A stretch of 64,000 nucleotides of DNA from Candidatus Aldehydirespiratoraceae bacterium. GTDB taxonomy: Bacteria > Actinomycetota > Acidimicrobiia > Acidimicrobiales > Aldehydirespiratoraceae. This document shows, in pieces, positions 27,085-36,700 of this stretch; the first letter of the stretch is position 1, and each line of letters starts with the position of its first letter. Location: contig JBLIOE010000010.1 in the NCBI GenBank assembly GCA_047639555.1, forward strand, positions 20,967 through 84,966, written 5' to 3'. The notes under the pieces were generated by a model. It had not been told where the DNA came from. It saw nothing but the letters and a program-made list of their open reading frames with translations, and searched no databases. The position numbers were made by a program, and so were the translations under genes.

Positions 27085-28590
27085 ATGCGTCGACACAGAC
27101 AACCACTGCTCGGTGCAATCGCGATCTGCCTCCTCGCGGCTCTCGTCGCAGCACCAGCCACTGCTCAAGTCAATCCAGGTGAGCTGGCATCGTTGGAGCG
27201 ACAGCGCGACGAACTTACGATCGCGGTCGGTGAGGTCGACGCCGAACTCGAACAACTCTCGTTGGAGATCGCCGCGCTTGCGGCCCAGATCGTGGACGAC
27301 GGGGTTGTCGTCGAGTTGATCGCCGACAGCATCGAGTGGACGGTCTTCACCCGCCAAGAGCCCGCCAACACCCGCGTCGAGATCGCCATCGTCGGGTTCA
27401 CTCAAGGCGACCCGCGATCAAACGCGCTACTTGATGAGGTCCGCACTCTCGAAGGCGACGACGAGCCGAGCCGGCGCCGAGCACTCTACGAATCGGTCAT
27501 CGACGACACCGAAGGCCGGCTCGAGATCATTGATGCTCAGTTGCAAGAACTGGCCGGCGAGCTCGATGTTGCCCGCGATGAGCTCTCCACTCGAAACGAG
27601 GCGCTCCTCACGGTGGAAGAGGACCACCGCGAAGCGGGCGCGCGCCGAAGCGAACTCGCCGACCAGCTCAGCGACATGTTGCAGCGGATTGAGGCGCTCC
27701 GCGCGCTCGAAGCCCGCGCCGTTCTCACCGGCCAGAGCACGTTCGACGACCCGACCCGACCCGCCCTTGCGGTGAAGATCGACAATGTCCCCGCCGCCCG
27801 ACCGCAGGCCGGCATTAATCAGGCCGACATCGTGTTCGTCGAAGAGGTCGAAGGTGGGCTCACCCGACTCGCCGCGGTGTTCCACTCGGAGGGCGCCGAG
27901 GCCGTGGGTCCGGTCCGTTCGATGCGGACCGGTGACTTCGATTTGCTCGCCCAGCTCAACGGCCCACTCTTCGCGAATTCCGGCGGCAACCGAGGCTCGC
28001 GTGCTCAACTCAAAAACTCGTCGCTCGTGGATGTGAGCGTCAATGTCTTTAGCAGCTCGTACTACCGAGACAGCGGTCGGCGAGCGCCACACAACCTGAT
28101 TACCAACGCGTTCAACCTCTGGTCGCTGGGCCGCAACCTCGAAGGGGCAGCCACCCCATCGCCGTTCTTCCAGTTCCGGACCGCCAGCCAGCCTCTCCCG
28201 AGCGGCGCACAGTCAATCAATGGCGTGTCGATCGACTACGGCTCGACCCGCGTCGAATACTCATGGAACGGGTCGGGTTGGGATCGCACCCAGGATGGCC
28301 AACCCACGGTCGATGCCGACGGGGTCCGGGTTGCCCCGACCACCGTGGTGGTGCAGTTCACCGACTACATCCCATCGAGCGCCGACGCGAGATCGCCTGA
28401 AGCGGTAACAATCGCCGACGGCACTGCCTGGGTCCTCACTGCCGGTCAACTTGTTCCGGTCGCGTGGAACCGTGAAGCACTCGCAGAACAAACGAAGTAC
28501 CGCATCCCCGGTTCCGGCAACGAGGTCGCGATCCTTCCCGGAAAGATATGGATCGAACTCCCCCGACCGGGCGAAGCCTCCAGCAACTAG
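27085..28590 (+). CDS. DUF3048-like secreted protein with N-terminal coiled coil
   Basis: Signal peptide MRRHRQPLLGAIAICLLAALVAAPATAQV. ALAVKIDNVPAARPQAGINQADIVFVEEVEGGLTRLAAVFHS matches the DUF3048 (YerB-like) core pattern. Confidence 0.75.
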   Translation: MRRHRQPLLGAIAICLLAALVAAPATAQVNPGELASLERQRDELTIAVGEVDAELEQLSLEIAALAAQIVDDGVVVELIADSIEWTVFTRQEPANTRVEIAIVGFTQGDPRSNALLDEVRTLEGDDEPSRRRALYESVIDDTEGRLEIIDAQLQELAGELDVARDELSTRNEALLTVEEDHREAGARRSELADQLSDMLQRIEALRALEARAVLTGQSTFDDPTRPALAVKIDNVPAARPQAGINQADIVFVEEVEGGLTRLAAVFHSEGAEAVGPVRSMRTGDFDLLAQLNGPLFANSGGNRGSRAQLKNSSLVDVSVNVFSSSYYRDSGRRAPHNLITNAFNLWSLGRNLEGAATPSPFFQFRTASQPLPSGAQSINGVSIDYGSTRVEYSWNGSGWDRTQDGQPTVDADGVRVAPTTVVVQFTDYIPSSADARSPEAVTIADGTAWVLTAGQLVPVAWNREALAEQTKYRIPGSGNEVAILPGKIWIELPRPGEASSN

Positions 28591-28611
28591 GCCCGCCACT
28601 AGGGTCGGCCC

Positions 28612-30066
28612 GTGTCCCGCCACATCGTTCGCTGTCCGCCCGATCCTGAGATGGTGGCCGGCTTCCGGCGAATCCGAGATCAGCTCGATGTTCCGGCCGC
28701 TTTCACCGACGCCGTGCAGAACGCGGCCGTTGAGGTGCAACGAGACGGACCGTCGATCCCGGCCGGCGCCGGCGATGCCGTCCGCGACGCTCGCGATATT
28801 TCATTTGTCGCGATCGACCCGCCTGGCTCCCGAGACCTCGACCAGGCCTTCGCGGCCGAACCGCATGGCGACGGCCATCGCGTCTTTTACGCGATCGCCG
28901 ATGTCGCCGCCCTTGTCGCCGCGGGCGGAGTGATCGACGCTGAGGCCCGGGCCCGCGGCGTCACCCTTTACAGCCCAGACCTCCGTACCTCGCTCCATCC
29001 CGAGCCGATCAACGAAGACGCGGGGTCGCTCCTCGAAGGCGAAGAGCGCCAGGCGTTGTTGTGGACGATCGACCTCGATGCGGGTGGTGAACTCTCACAC
29101 GCCCACCTCGAACGGGCCCTGGTGCGAAACACCGCCCAGATGTCGTACGTCGATGCCCAGCGCGAGATCGATTCTGGGTCGGCCCGACCGAGCCTCGGGC
29201 TGCTCCGCACCATTGGCGAACAACGACTGAACCTGGAGCGTGAACGCGGAGCGGTGAGCCTCGCTCTCCCCTCGCAAGAAGTGGTTTCCGCCCGCGACGG
29301 ATCCTTCGCCCTCGAATACGACGAGAGCCTGCGGGTAGAGGACTGGAACGCTCAGATCTCACTTCTCACCGGAATCGCGGCGAGTCAGATCATGATCGAT
29401 GTTGGCGTCGGCCTGCTGCGCACCCTTCCGGTGCCTGAGGACCGCACCGTCGCCCAGATCCGTCGGACCGCCCGCGCCCTCGGCGTCGAGTGGCCCGACA
29501 GCGTGAGCTACGCCGAGCGGGTTCGCGAACTGTGGCCCGATACCCCGCAGACCGCAGCGCTTCTAAGTCAGGCTGCTCGCGGTCTACGGGGCGCGGGATA
29601 CGTGGCGTTCACGAACCACGATCTGCCCGCCGATCCGCAGCACTCGGCGATCGCCTCGACCTACGCGCACGTGACCGCGCCCCTTCGGCGCCTATGCGAC
29701 CGCTTCGCCAACGAAATCGTCGTGGCGGCCTGCGCCGACCGTGAACCACCCGCGTGGGCGGTCGAAGCCCTCGAAGAACTTCCGAAGCTCATGGGCGCGG
29801 CGAGCCGACGGGATCGCACGCTCGAACGCGCGGTGGTCGACTATGTCGAGGCTGTGGTACTCGCGCCGCGGGTGGGCGAGAAGTTCCAAGCGATCGTCAC
29901 CGACGTGGACCCCGACCGCGGCCGCGGTCGGGTTCAGCTTCGAGATCCGGCGGTGGTCGCCCGCGTGCCCGCCGACGGGCTCGAACTCGGGTCAGAAGTA
30001 ACGGTGCAGCTCGACGAGGCGAACCCCGACGAGCGCACTGTGCACTTCCACGTAGTGGATCAATGA
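28612..30066 (+). CDS. RNB-domain ribonuclease (RNase II/R family, short form)
   Basis: IDPPGSRDLDQAF and SPLRR-like (TAPLRRLCDR) RNB motifs, plus an S1-like C-terminus. Confidence 0.85.
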   Translation: MSRHIVRCPPDPEMVAGFRRIRDQLDVPAAFTDAVQNAAVEVQRDGPSIPAGAGDAVRDARDISFVAIDPPGSRDLDQAFAAEPHGDGHRVFYAIADVAALVAAGGVIDAEARARGVTLYSPDLRTSLHPEPINEDAGSLLEGEERQALLWTIDLDAGGELSHAHLERALVRNTAQMSYVDAQREIDSGSARPSLGLLRTIGEQRLNLERERGAVSLALPSQEVVSARDGSFALEYDESLRVEDWNAQISLLTGIAASQIMIDVGVGLLRTLPVPEDRTVAQIRRTARALGVEWPDSVSYAERVRELWPDTPQTAALLSQAARGLRGAGYVAFTNHDLPADPQHSAIASTYAHVTAPLRRLCDRFANEIVVAACADREPPAWAVEALEELPKLMGAASRRDRTLERAVVDYVEAVVLAPRVGEKFQAIVTDVDPDRGRGRVQLRDPAVVARVPADGLELGSEVTVQLDEANPDERTVHFHVVDQ

Positions 30067-30117
30067 CTCAGACACGTGGTGGATCAATGACTCAGACACG
30101 TGGTGGATCAATGACTC
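30052..30117. repeat. 24-bp tandem repeat (2.75 copies) seeded on the RNB gene stop codon
   Basis: gt(a/g)gtggatcaatgactcagacac repeats head to tail. Each copy re-encodes VVDQ plus TGA in frame. Confidence 0.9.
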
Positions 30118-30178
30118 GGCTTCAGAAGGCCGCGCGTAGTCGTGAAACTTGCTGGGCCGCTCTCGGCGCGATGGCGAG

Positions 30179-31123
30179 CTAGGCGACCGCGGCCGGAGCG
30201 CGATCGTGTGCACACTCCCCGGCCGGGGTGACAGTGAGACGCTCAGCGCCGGCTTCGGTCATGATCAGCGTGTGCTCGAACTGAGCGGTACGAGTGCCGT
30301 CGATCGTGACCGCTGTCCAGCCGTCGTCCCACATTGCTGCCTCTGGCGCCCCAAGGGTGAGCATCGGCTCAATCGTGAACGACGTGTCGACTTCGATCGG
30401 TGTGGTGAGGCGCCGATCGAAATAGTGGGGAATCTGGAGGTTGGTGTGGAACTCCGTGCCCACACCGTGACCAATGAACTCGCGCACAACGCCGAGCCGG
30501 TTTGCCTTCGCCAGCTTCTCGATGGCGGCGCCGATGTCGCGCACCGGGCCGCCCGGTTTGACCGCATCGATCGCGGCGTTGAGTGACTGGAGCGTGACAT
30601 CAACCAGCGCTACTGAGGCCGCTTCGACATCGCCTGCGAGGAAGGTTGCCGAAGTGTCGCCGTGGACACCCTCACGAAAGACCGTGACATCAATGTTGAT
30701 GATGTCGCCGTCGGCGAGCGGCCGAGAGTCGGGGATGCCGTGACAGATCACCTCGTTGACAGAGGTGCAGACAGACTTCGGGTAGCCGCGATAGTTGAGC
30801 GGGCTCGGATAGCCGCCCGCCTTCACCGTGAGGTCGTGAACCAGCCGGTCGATCTCGTCGGTGGTGATACCCGGCCGCACGACCTCGCCGGCTCGCAAAA
30901 GGATCTCCGCGGCAATGGCGCCCGTGCGGCGCATTGCCTCGATCTCCGCGGGGGTTCGGGTGAAGGAGCTGACCGACGGCCCGGGGTCGCCACTCAGGGC
31001 GTAGGGCGGACGTTCGATATCAGCCGGAACGCGCCGGGTCGGGCTCTGCAGCCCAGGGCCTACGGGCGGGAACGACGGTTCAACCTGGTTCACAGGCCCG
31101 TTGCGGCGTTTGCGCTTTGCCAT
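30179..31123 (-). CDS. map: type I methionine aminopeptidase with N-terminal extension
   Basis: Pita-bread fold motifs (VCHGIP, DIINIDVT, GHGVG, FTIEP), preceded by a Pro-rich extension of about 45 aa. Confidence 0.9.
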   Translation of the reverse strand: MAKRKRRNGPVNQVEPSFPPVGPGLQSPTRRVPADIERPPYALSGDPGPSVSSFTRTPAEIEAMRRTGAIAAEILLRAGEVVRPGITTDEIDRLVHDLTVKAGGYPSPLNYRGYPKSVCTSVNEVICHGIPDSRPLADGDIINIDVTVFREGVHGDTSATFLAGDVEAASVALVDVTLQSLNAAIDAVKPGGPVRDIGAAIEKLAKANRLGVVREFIGHGVGTEFHTNLQIPHYFDRRLTTPIEVDTSFTIEPMLTLGAPEAAMWDDGWTAVTIDGTRTAQFEHTLIMTEAGAERLTVTPAGECAHDRAPAAVA

Positions 31124-31139
31124 CAGCTCAGCCTTTCAC

Positions 31140-31595
31140 TCATCGAAGAAATCTGCTGACCGACTCGACCACACACGCTGGCTTTACCTGGTCTTCGATC
31201 TCGACCGCAATGGTGACAACCACTTGGACGCCACCCTTGATCTCTTCGGCCTCGGTGATCGAGGCCGTGGCCCGAACGCGAGATCCGACGGTGACGGGCT
31301 GCGGGAAGCGGACCTTATTGGTGCCGTAGTTGACGCCCATCGACACACCGTCGACCCGCATGATTTCCGGAAGGAACTGATTCGTCAGGGCGAGCGTGAG
31401 GTAGCCGTGGGCGATGGTGGCGCCGAACGGCCCTTCAGCGGCCGCGACCGGGTCAACATGGATCCACTGATGATCGCCGGTGGCTTGGGCGAACTGATCG
31501 ATTCGGTCCTGTTCGATCACGATCCACTCGCTGGCGCCGAGGTGCTGCCCTACGGCGCCGAGCAGCTCATCAGGCGAGGCGAAAACGGTCGTCAT
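31140..31595 (-). CDS. MaoC-like (R)-hydratase / dehydratase
   Basis: ATGDHQWIHVDP hot-dog hydratase motif. Start taken at ATG 31595. Confidence 0.85.
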   Translation of the reverse strand: MTTVFASPDELLGAVGQHLGASEWIVIEQDRIDQFAQATGDHQWIHVDPVAAAEGPFGATIAHGYLTLALTNQFLPEIMRVDGVSMGVNYGTNKVRFPQPVTVGSRVRATASITEAEEIKGGVQVVVTIAVEIEDQVKPACVVESVSRFLR

Positions 31596-31848
31596 GGACA
31601 AGAACGCTATCCGAGAGATGCGACCTCGAAACGTCGGACCTCCAGGAACCCGGACAGGCGGCTCGCACCATCCTTGAGCACAGCGGCAACAATCGCTGAA
31701 GCGTGGGGGTCGCATCGGGGCGAGCGTCTCTGCGAGCAGGCTGACAAGCGCCCAAGACCAACTCATTGGTCACCAGTTTCGAGCCCGTAATCGCCGTTCA
31801 TTCCTGCGGAGTCCGAGAATTCAGAGCAAATACTCGCATGGGTCATAT

Positions 31849-31879
31849 GGCCCGGGCCTTACGACCCGGGCCCTTTTGG
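31849..31879 (+). terminator. intrinsic-terminator-like hairpin in a long intergenic spacer
   Basis: GGCCCGGG-ccttacga-CCCGGGCC followed by CTTTTGG. There is no annotated plus-strand gene upstream of it. Confidence 0.35.
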
Positions 31880-31958
31880 CACGAAAAACAGCGTCGTCCA
31901 CAGCTTGTCCACAGGATTTTTGTTGCTGAGTGGTCGTTGTGCGACGTAGCGTGGCTAG

Positions 31959-33713
31959 ATGGCGCATGTTGACCAAGGCCTTTTGGCCCTAGAGCGTGGA
32001 CGTTTTCGGACGCCCTGTCTCCTCCTAGACCCCAGCGTGATCGAGGACAGAGTTCGTCAACTCCGCTCCCTCTTTGACGGTTTCGCCGTCCACTACGCGG
32101 TGAAGTGCAACAGCTCGCCAACGGTGCTGCACGCGGTTCACGACGCGGGCGGAACATTCGAGGTTGCATCCGAAGGCGAACTCAAACTCCTGAAGTCGCT
32201 CGGTCTACTCACCAGCGAGGTGCTGTTCTCCGCCCCCGTCAAACGGCCGGCAGCCATTCAGCTCGCAAGCGAACTCGGAATCGAATGGTTCGCCAGCGCG
32301 AGTGAACAAGAAACACAGAAGATCCTCGACCTTGCTCCCGACGCATCGATTCTTGTTCGCGTCGCAGTGAACGACACCGACGCCCGCTGGCGACTGTCTG
32401 ATACGTGGGGCGTCACTCCAGATCGCGCCGTGGAAATGCTGTCTTCCGCGAAGGCCGTAGGCGCGAACCGGCTGGGGCTAATGTTTCACGTCGGCTCGCA
32501 GAACCGAGCCCCTGAACAATGGCGCGATGCGTTGACCACAGTGGCCGATGTCATGGAGCGGTTCGACGGCCGGATCGACATGGTTGACATTGGCGGCGGG
32601 CTCCCCGCCAATACCCGCGAAGAGAAGCTGACCGAAAGCTGGCCCGCGATCGGGGCTGCCGTCACCTGCGGCATTGCCGCGCTTCCCTATCGCCCCGATC
32701 TCCTTGTCGCCGAACCCGGGCGCGCCGTGGTGGCCGAAGCCGGCACGATGTACGCCACCGTGATTGAGGCCGCTGAACGAGACGGCCAACGATGGGTCCA
32801 CCTCGACGTCGGCGCCTTCAACGGCTTGTTCGAAGGTTCGCCCCAGGGCGGCGGAATCCCCTACGAGATTCGCTCCTTCGGCCGAGACATCGAAGTGCTC
32901 GAACCCGCCACGGTGGGGGGAATTACGTGCGACGCACAGGACATCATTGCGGTCGACACACCCGTTCCCGTCGATCTCATGGCCGGCGAGATCGTCGCGA
33001 TCCCAAATGCTGGGGCCTACTCGACGTCGTACGCCAGCGCTTTCTGCGGAATCGGCGTACCCGACACGCTTCGCTACGTCACCTACAACGCTGAACCCCC
33101 GGCGGCTGCGATTGCATGGGAAGCCGACTTCGGCTTCAAGCGGGCCGTTGAAATCGAATTCGAAGTGTTTGAGAATGCGGGCTTCCTAGATGAAGATGGC
33201 ACGCTCGACGGCTTCCGCCGCTTCGATCGACAGTCCGAGTTCGTCATGGTGCCCAGCACCAATGATCCGGTCGGCGTCGCTCGCTTGGTCGATGCATCGG
33301 CGTTTGGCTTCATGACCCTCGGCGACATGAAAATCGAACCGCGCTGGTGGGAACACCTTCAGACACTGAACCTCGACCGAGTCGTCGAGCTCGCCACTTT
33401 GGCGCCTCTCAACTACAGCGTGCCCGCGGCAATGCACCTGATTCGAGCGACGATCATGCGGGCCGTCGAACGAGACATGACCCACGTCGTCGCCAGCATC
33501 GACGAGAACCTTCGCGTCACTATCAACAAGCGATTAGCGAAGCCCGACTTTGCTGCCTGCGAACAAATCGGCCCCACCGTCGACTACTACGGTTCACCCA
33601 CCACGCCGATTCTCGTTGACCTGTGTCAGGGCTACCGGACCGGACTGGTCGAAGCTCTCGATCGTCTTGTCTCCCGACTGGCTCTCCCCGAGGCGACAAC
33701 CACACGAGTCTGA
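31959..33713 (+). CDS. alanine-racemase-fold PLP decarboxylase (Orn/Lys/Arg/DAP decarboxylase family) fused to a ~190-aa C-terminal GNAT-like domain
   Basis: YAVKCN (PLP lysine), HVGSQ, DIGGGLP, EPGRA and GGITCDAQD motifs in residues 1-~395. The extension begins ...FKRAVEIEFEVFENAGFLDEDGTLDGFRRFDRQSEFVMV.... Confidence 0.85.
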   Translation: MAHVDQGLLALERGRFRTPCLLLDPSVIEDRVRQLRSLFDGFAVHYAVKCNSSPTVLHAVHDAGGTFEVASEGELKLLKSLGLLTSEVLFSAPVKRPAAIQLASELGIEWFASASEQETQKILDLAPDASILVRVAVNDTDARWRLSDTWGVTPDRAVEMLSSAKAVGANRLGLMFHVGSQNRAPEQWRDALTTVADVMERFDGRIDMVDIGGGLPANTREEKLTESWPAIGAAVTCGIAALPYRPDLLVAEPGRAVVAEAGTMYATVIEAAERDGQRWVHLDVGAFNGLFEGSPQGGGIPYEIRSFGRDIEVLEPATVGGITCDAQDIIAVDTPVPVDLMAGEIVAIPNAGAYSTSYASAFCGIGVPDTLRYVTYNAEPPAAAIAWEADFGFKRAVEIEFEVFENAGFLDEDGTLDGFRRFDRQSEFVMVPSTNDPVGVARLVDASAFGFMTLGDMKIEPRWWEHLQTLNLDRVVELATLAPLNYSVPAAMHLIRATIMRAVERDMTHVVASIDENLRVTINKRLAKPDFAACEQIGPTVDYYGSPTTPILVDLCQGYRTGLVEALDRLVSRLALPEATTTRV

Positions 33714-33760
33714 ACGCCCGCAGGGCCTCATGTTCTCTATCGACATGCCGATAGGCCTTC

Positions 33761-36700
33761 GTGTTGATTCCACTTTGGGTGCGCGTAACTGTTGGCAGCT
33801 TCGTTGCTGCGCTCCTCGCCGCGCTCACCTACACCACAATCGGGTCCGCGATTGCGTTCGCGTACGGCCTGTACGGCTCTTGGCTTCTTGTTCGTAAGGC
33901 ACGTGCATCGACCGGGCCAACCGGTGGTCCGTGGCGAAAGCTCTCCGTCGTCGCCATCTTGGCGTTCGTCGGCATCGGGGCCCGCCTGATTCACGGAGCG
34001 ATGATCGGTGAGGACTACCCTCTCCCGTCACCTTTCGCCGACTTCACAATCGTAGTTCTCTACGTCGTGATGATCATGGCGCAATACGACTTCGTGCGGC
34101 TCCGCACTGCCGGTCGCGACCTTGATGCCTGGCTCGATGCGCTTGTGGCGGGCGGTGCCACTGCAGTGGTGCTGTGGGTAGGCGTCATGCACGACTACGT
34201 CACGAACGCCGAGGTCGATGCGGGTGAACGCGTCGCAAATGTCGTGTTCTTCGCGCTCTCGATCGCGCTCGTCACAATGATGTTCCGGGTCATGGCGGCA
34301 CCGGGAGTGCGTAGCCCGGCCTACTACCTTCTTGGGGGTGCGGCTCTCAGCCTCCTCGCGACCGATCTTGGCGGGACCATCGCCTACGCCCAGGAGTCCG
34401 ATCCGTCGATTCTCATCGCGTTTGTTCCTCTGGTCTTCGGCTTTGCCGGGGCCGCGGGCTACCACCCGGACAGCGCCGCGCTCACCGCCCGCCCGTCGGA
34501 CGTCGAACCCCGAATGCGCTTCTGGCGCGCCGCCGTCGTTGCCGCTGGTTTGGCCCTCCCCTGGCTGATTCTCGCCAGCAACTTCGATTCCCTCGCCGCC
34601 TCTGAGTTGGCGGTTCTGATCGCCACTGGGCCGATCTTCGTCACCCTGATCCTCTGGCGCATCCTTCGCCTCATCCAGGCTCGCGAAATGCTCCTCCGCC
34701 AGGCCGAGTCGCTCCGCGATGCCGGCGACCGACTGCTGTCCAGCAATGTCGACCCCGCCGAGATCTTCGAGATCGTTGGCAACGCCGTCGAAGACGTCGT
34801 CTTCGCTGACATTCAATGGCTTGGCCTCGTCGCTAATGGCGAGTGCCTCGTCGGAGATCTTCCCGCCGACGTTGTCGATCTCGTCACTCCCGCTCTTGGC
34901 GGCGAAGTCCGCATGGAAGTCACGGCAAATGGCCGCAGGGCCAACCTCTTCGCCGTTCCTGTACCTTGGGCTGATGGTCGGCTGGCCTGGATCGTTACCG
35001 GTACAAAGATCCAGCTTCAACGCCACGACCGACAAGCGCTAAGGGCGCTCGCCCGCGAGGCGTCAATGGCCCTCCACGGCGCCGAACGCGCGGCGGCCGT
35101 CGCTGAAGCCGAAGCCGAACGACGATGGACACGCGCCATCGTCGAGTCGGAACGTCGCCAGCGCGCCTTGCTCCTGCACTCCAGCGACATCGTCGCCGTT
35201 CTCTCCGATGACTGGACGATCTCCTACGTGAGCCCGCCCGTTGAATCGGTCCTCGACTATCGCCCCGAGGACCTGGTCGGCAGCAGTGCGCGCAACCTCT
35301 TTGCGCCCGAGTCAATGCCGCTCATTGAAGATCTCGTCGCTATGGCGATGGCCACCGGTTCGTCGTCCGGTGAGGTCGCGCTCATTCATCGCAGCGGCGA
35401 ATTCCGCACCTTGCAGCTTGTACTCGGCGATCATCGCGGAGCAGACGACATCAACGGCATCATCATCAATGCTCGCGACGTCTCGAAGACTCGTGCGCTC
35501 GAGGAGCAACTCGAACGCGATCCTGTGACTGGTGCACTCAACCGCGAGGCATTCGTCGAACGGATGCAACGACAGCTGCTCCATCAGCCGTCGGCCACCG
35601 GCCTTCGAGCGCTGGTCGTGCTCCAGGTCGCCGATCTCGACCTCGTGACGAGTGCCGTCGGATACGAATCCTCCGACACACTCTTGGTTGAAGTCAGCGA
35701 TCGCCTTCGCTCCAACCTTCGCATCGGCGATGATGTTGCCCGTCTCGACGGTTCCACGTTTGCCGTCCTACTTGACCGCATCCTGTCCAGCTCCGATCTT
35801 CTCGAACTCACCGGGAGAATCGCCGACGACGTCGCTCGACCCCTTCAGATCGCCGACGGCAGCGTGGATCTCCAAGTTCACTCTGGTGCTGTTCTCTGCA
35901 CCGATGGCGCCGCCGCCACCGAACTGCTCGCCAACGGCCTCATAGCGAAGGAGACAGCGGTCGCGAACTCGAGTCGCGTCGAGCTCTACGAAGACGGAAT
36001 TGCCGAGAGCTACCAGCTACAGCTCGAGCTGCGTTCACGCATGCGTTCGGCTCTCGCCGACGGCGAGTTCTCGCTCCACTATCAGCCGATCATCGACCTC
36101 GAACGTCAACGAGTGGCCGGAGCAGAAGCACTCGCTCGCTGGGCCCACCCAACCCGCGGGCCGGTTGGTCCGAACATCTTCATCGCCGAAGCCGAACGAG
36201 GCGGACTCATCGAAGAGCTCGGCCAGTGGGTTATCGAAACCTCTGCAGCACAACTCGGTCGCTGGATTCAAGACGACCTCATCGACGACGACTTCACGCT
36301 GTCAGTCAACGTCTCCGCCCGCCAACTCACCACCGACCTCCCGGGCATCTTCGAAACGGCACTCAGTCGATTCGGCGTGCCCGCCGAGAAAATTCGTATC
36401 GAGCTCACCGAGAGCTTGTTCGCGACGAACAGTGAGACGGCCATCGACGTGCTGTCCGAGCTTGCTCTCCGCGGTCACACCGTGGCGATCGACGACTTCG
36501 GCACCGGCACATCGAACCTCGCTCGACTTGGGCAGTACGACATTCACGTGGTGAAGCTCGACCGATCGCTTATCGCTCCGCTCGATCAGCCCGACGCCCG
36601 AGCGACGGGCCTGGTCGCTCGAACATTGGAGCTGATCGAGGAGATCGGCGCGATCGCGGTGGCCGAAGGCATCGAGACTGGCAGCCAGGCACTCCTACTT

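Noticed and set aside
30052-30117. Possible CRISPR array or other spaced repeat (also considered for 13200-13255 and 23381-23422)
   Set aside because: The units are directly abutting with no spacers. They are only 14-24 bp long with at most 4 copies, and there are no cas genes in the window. They are plain tandem repeats.
31617-31719. 9-bp long-range complement (GATGCGACC / GGTCGCATC) that could close a ~100-nt structured RNA upstream of MaoC
   Set aside because: My rough estimate is that one such match is about as likely as not by chance in a 360-nt GC-rich spacer. No known riboswitch core was recognisable.
31775-31787. tRNA T-arm-like sequence AGTTTCGAGCCCG
   Set aside because: I could not build a matching acceptor stem, anticodon arm or D-arm around it.
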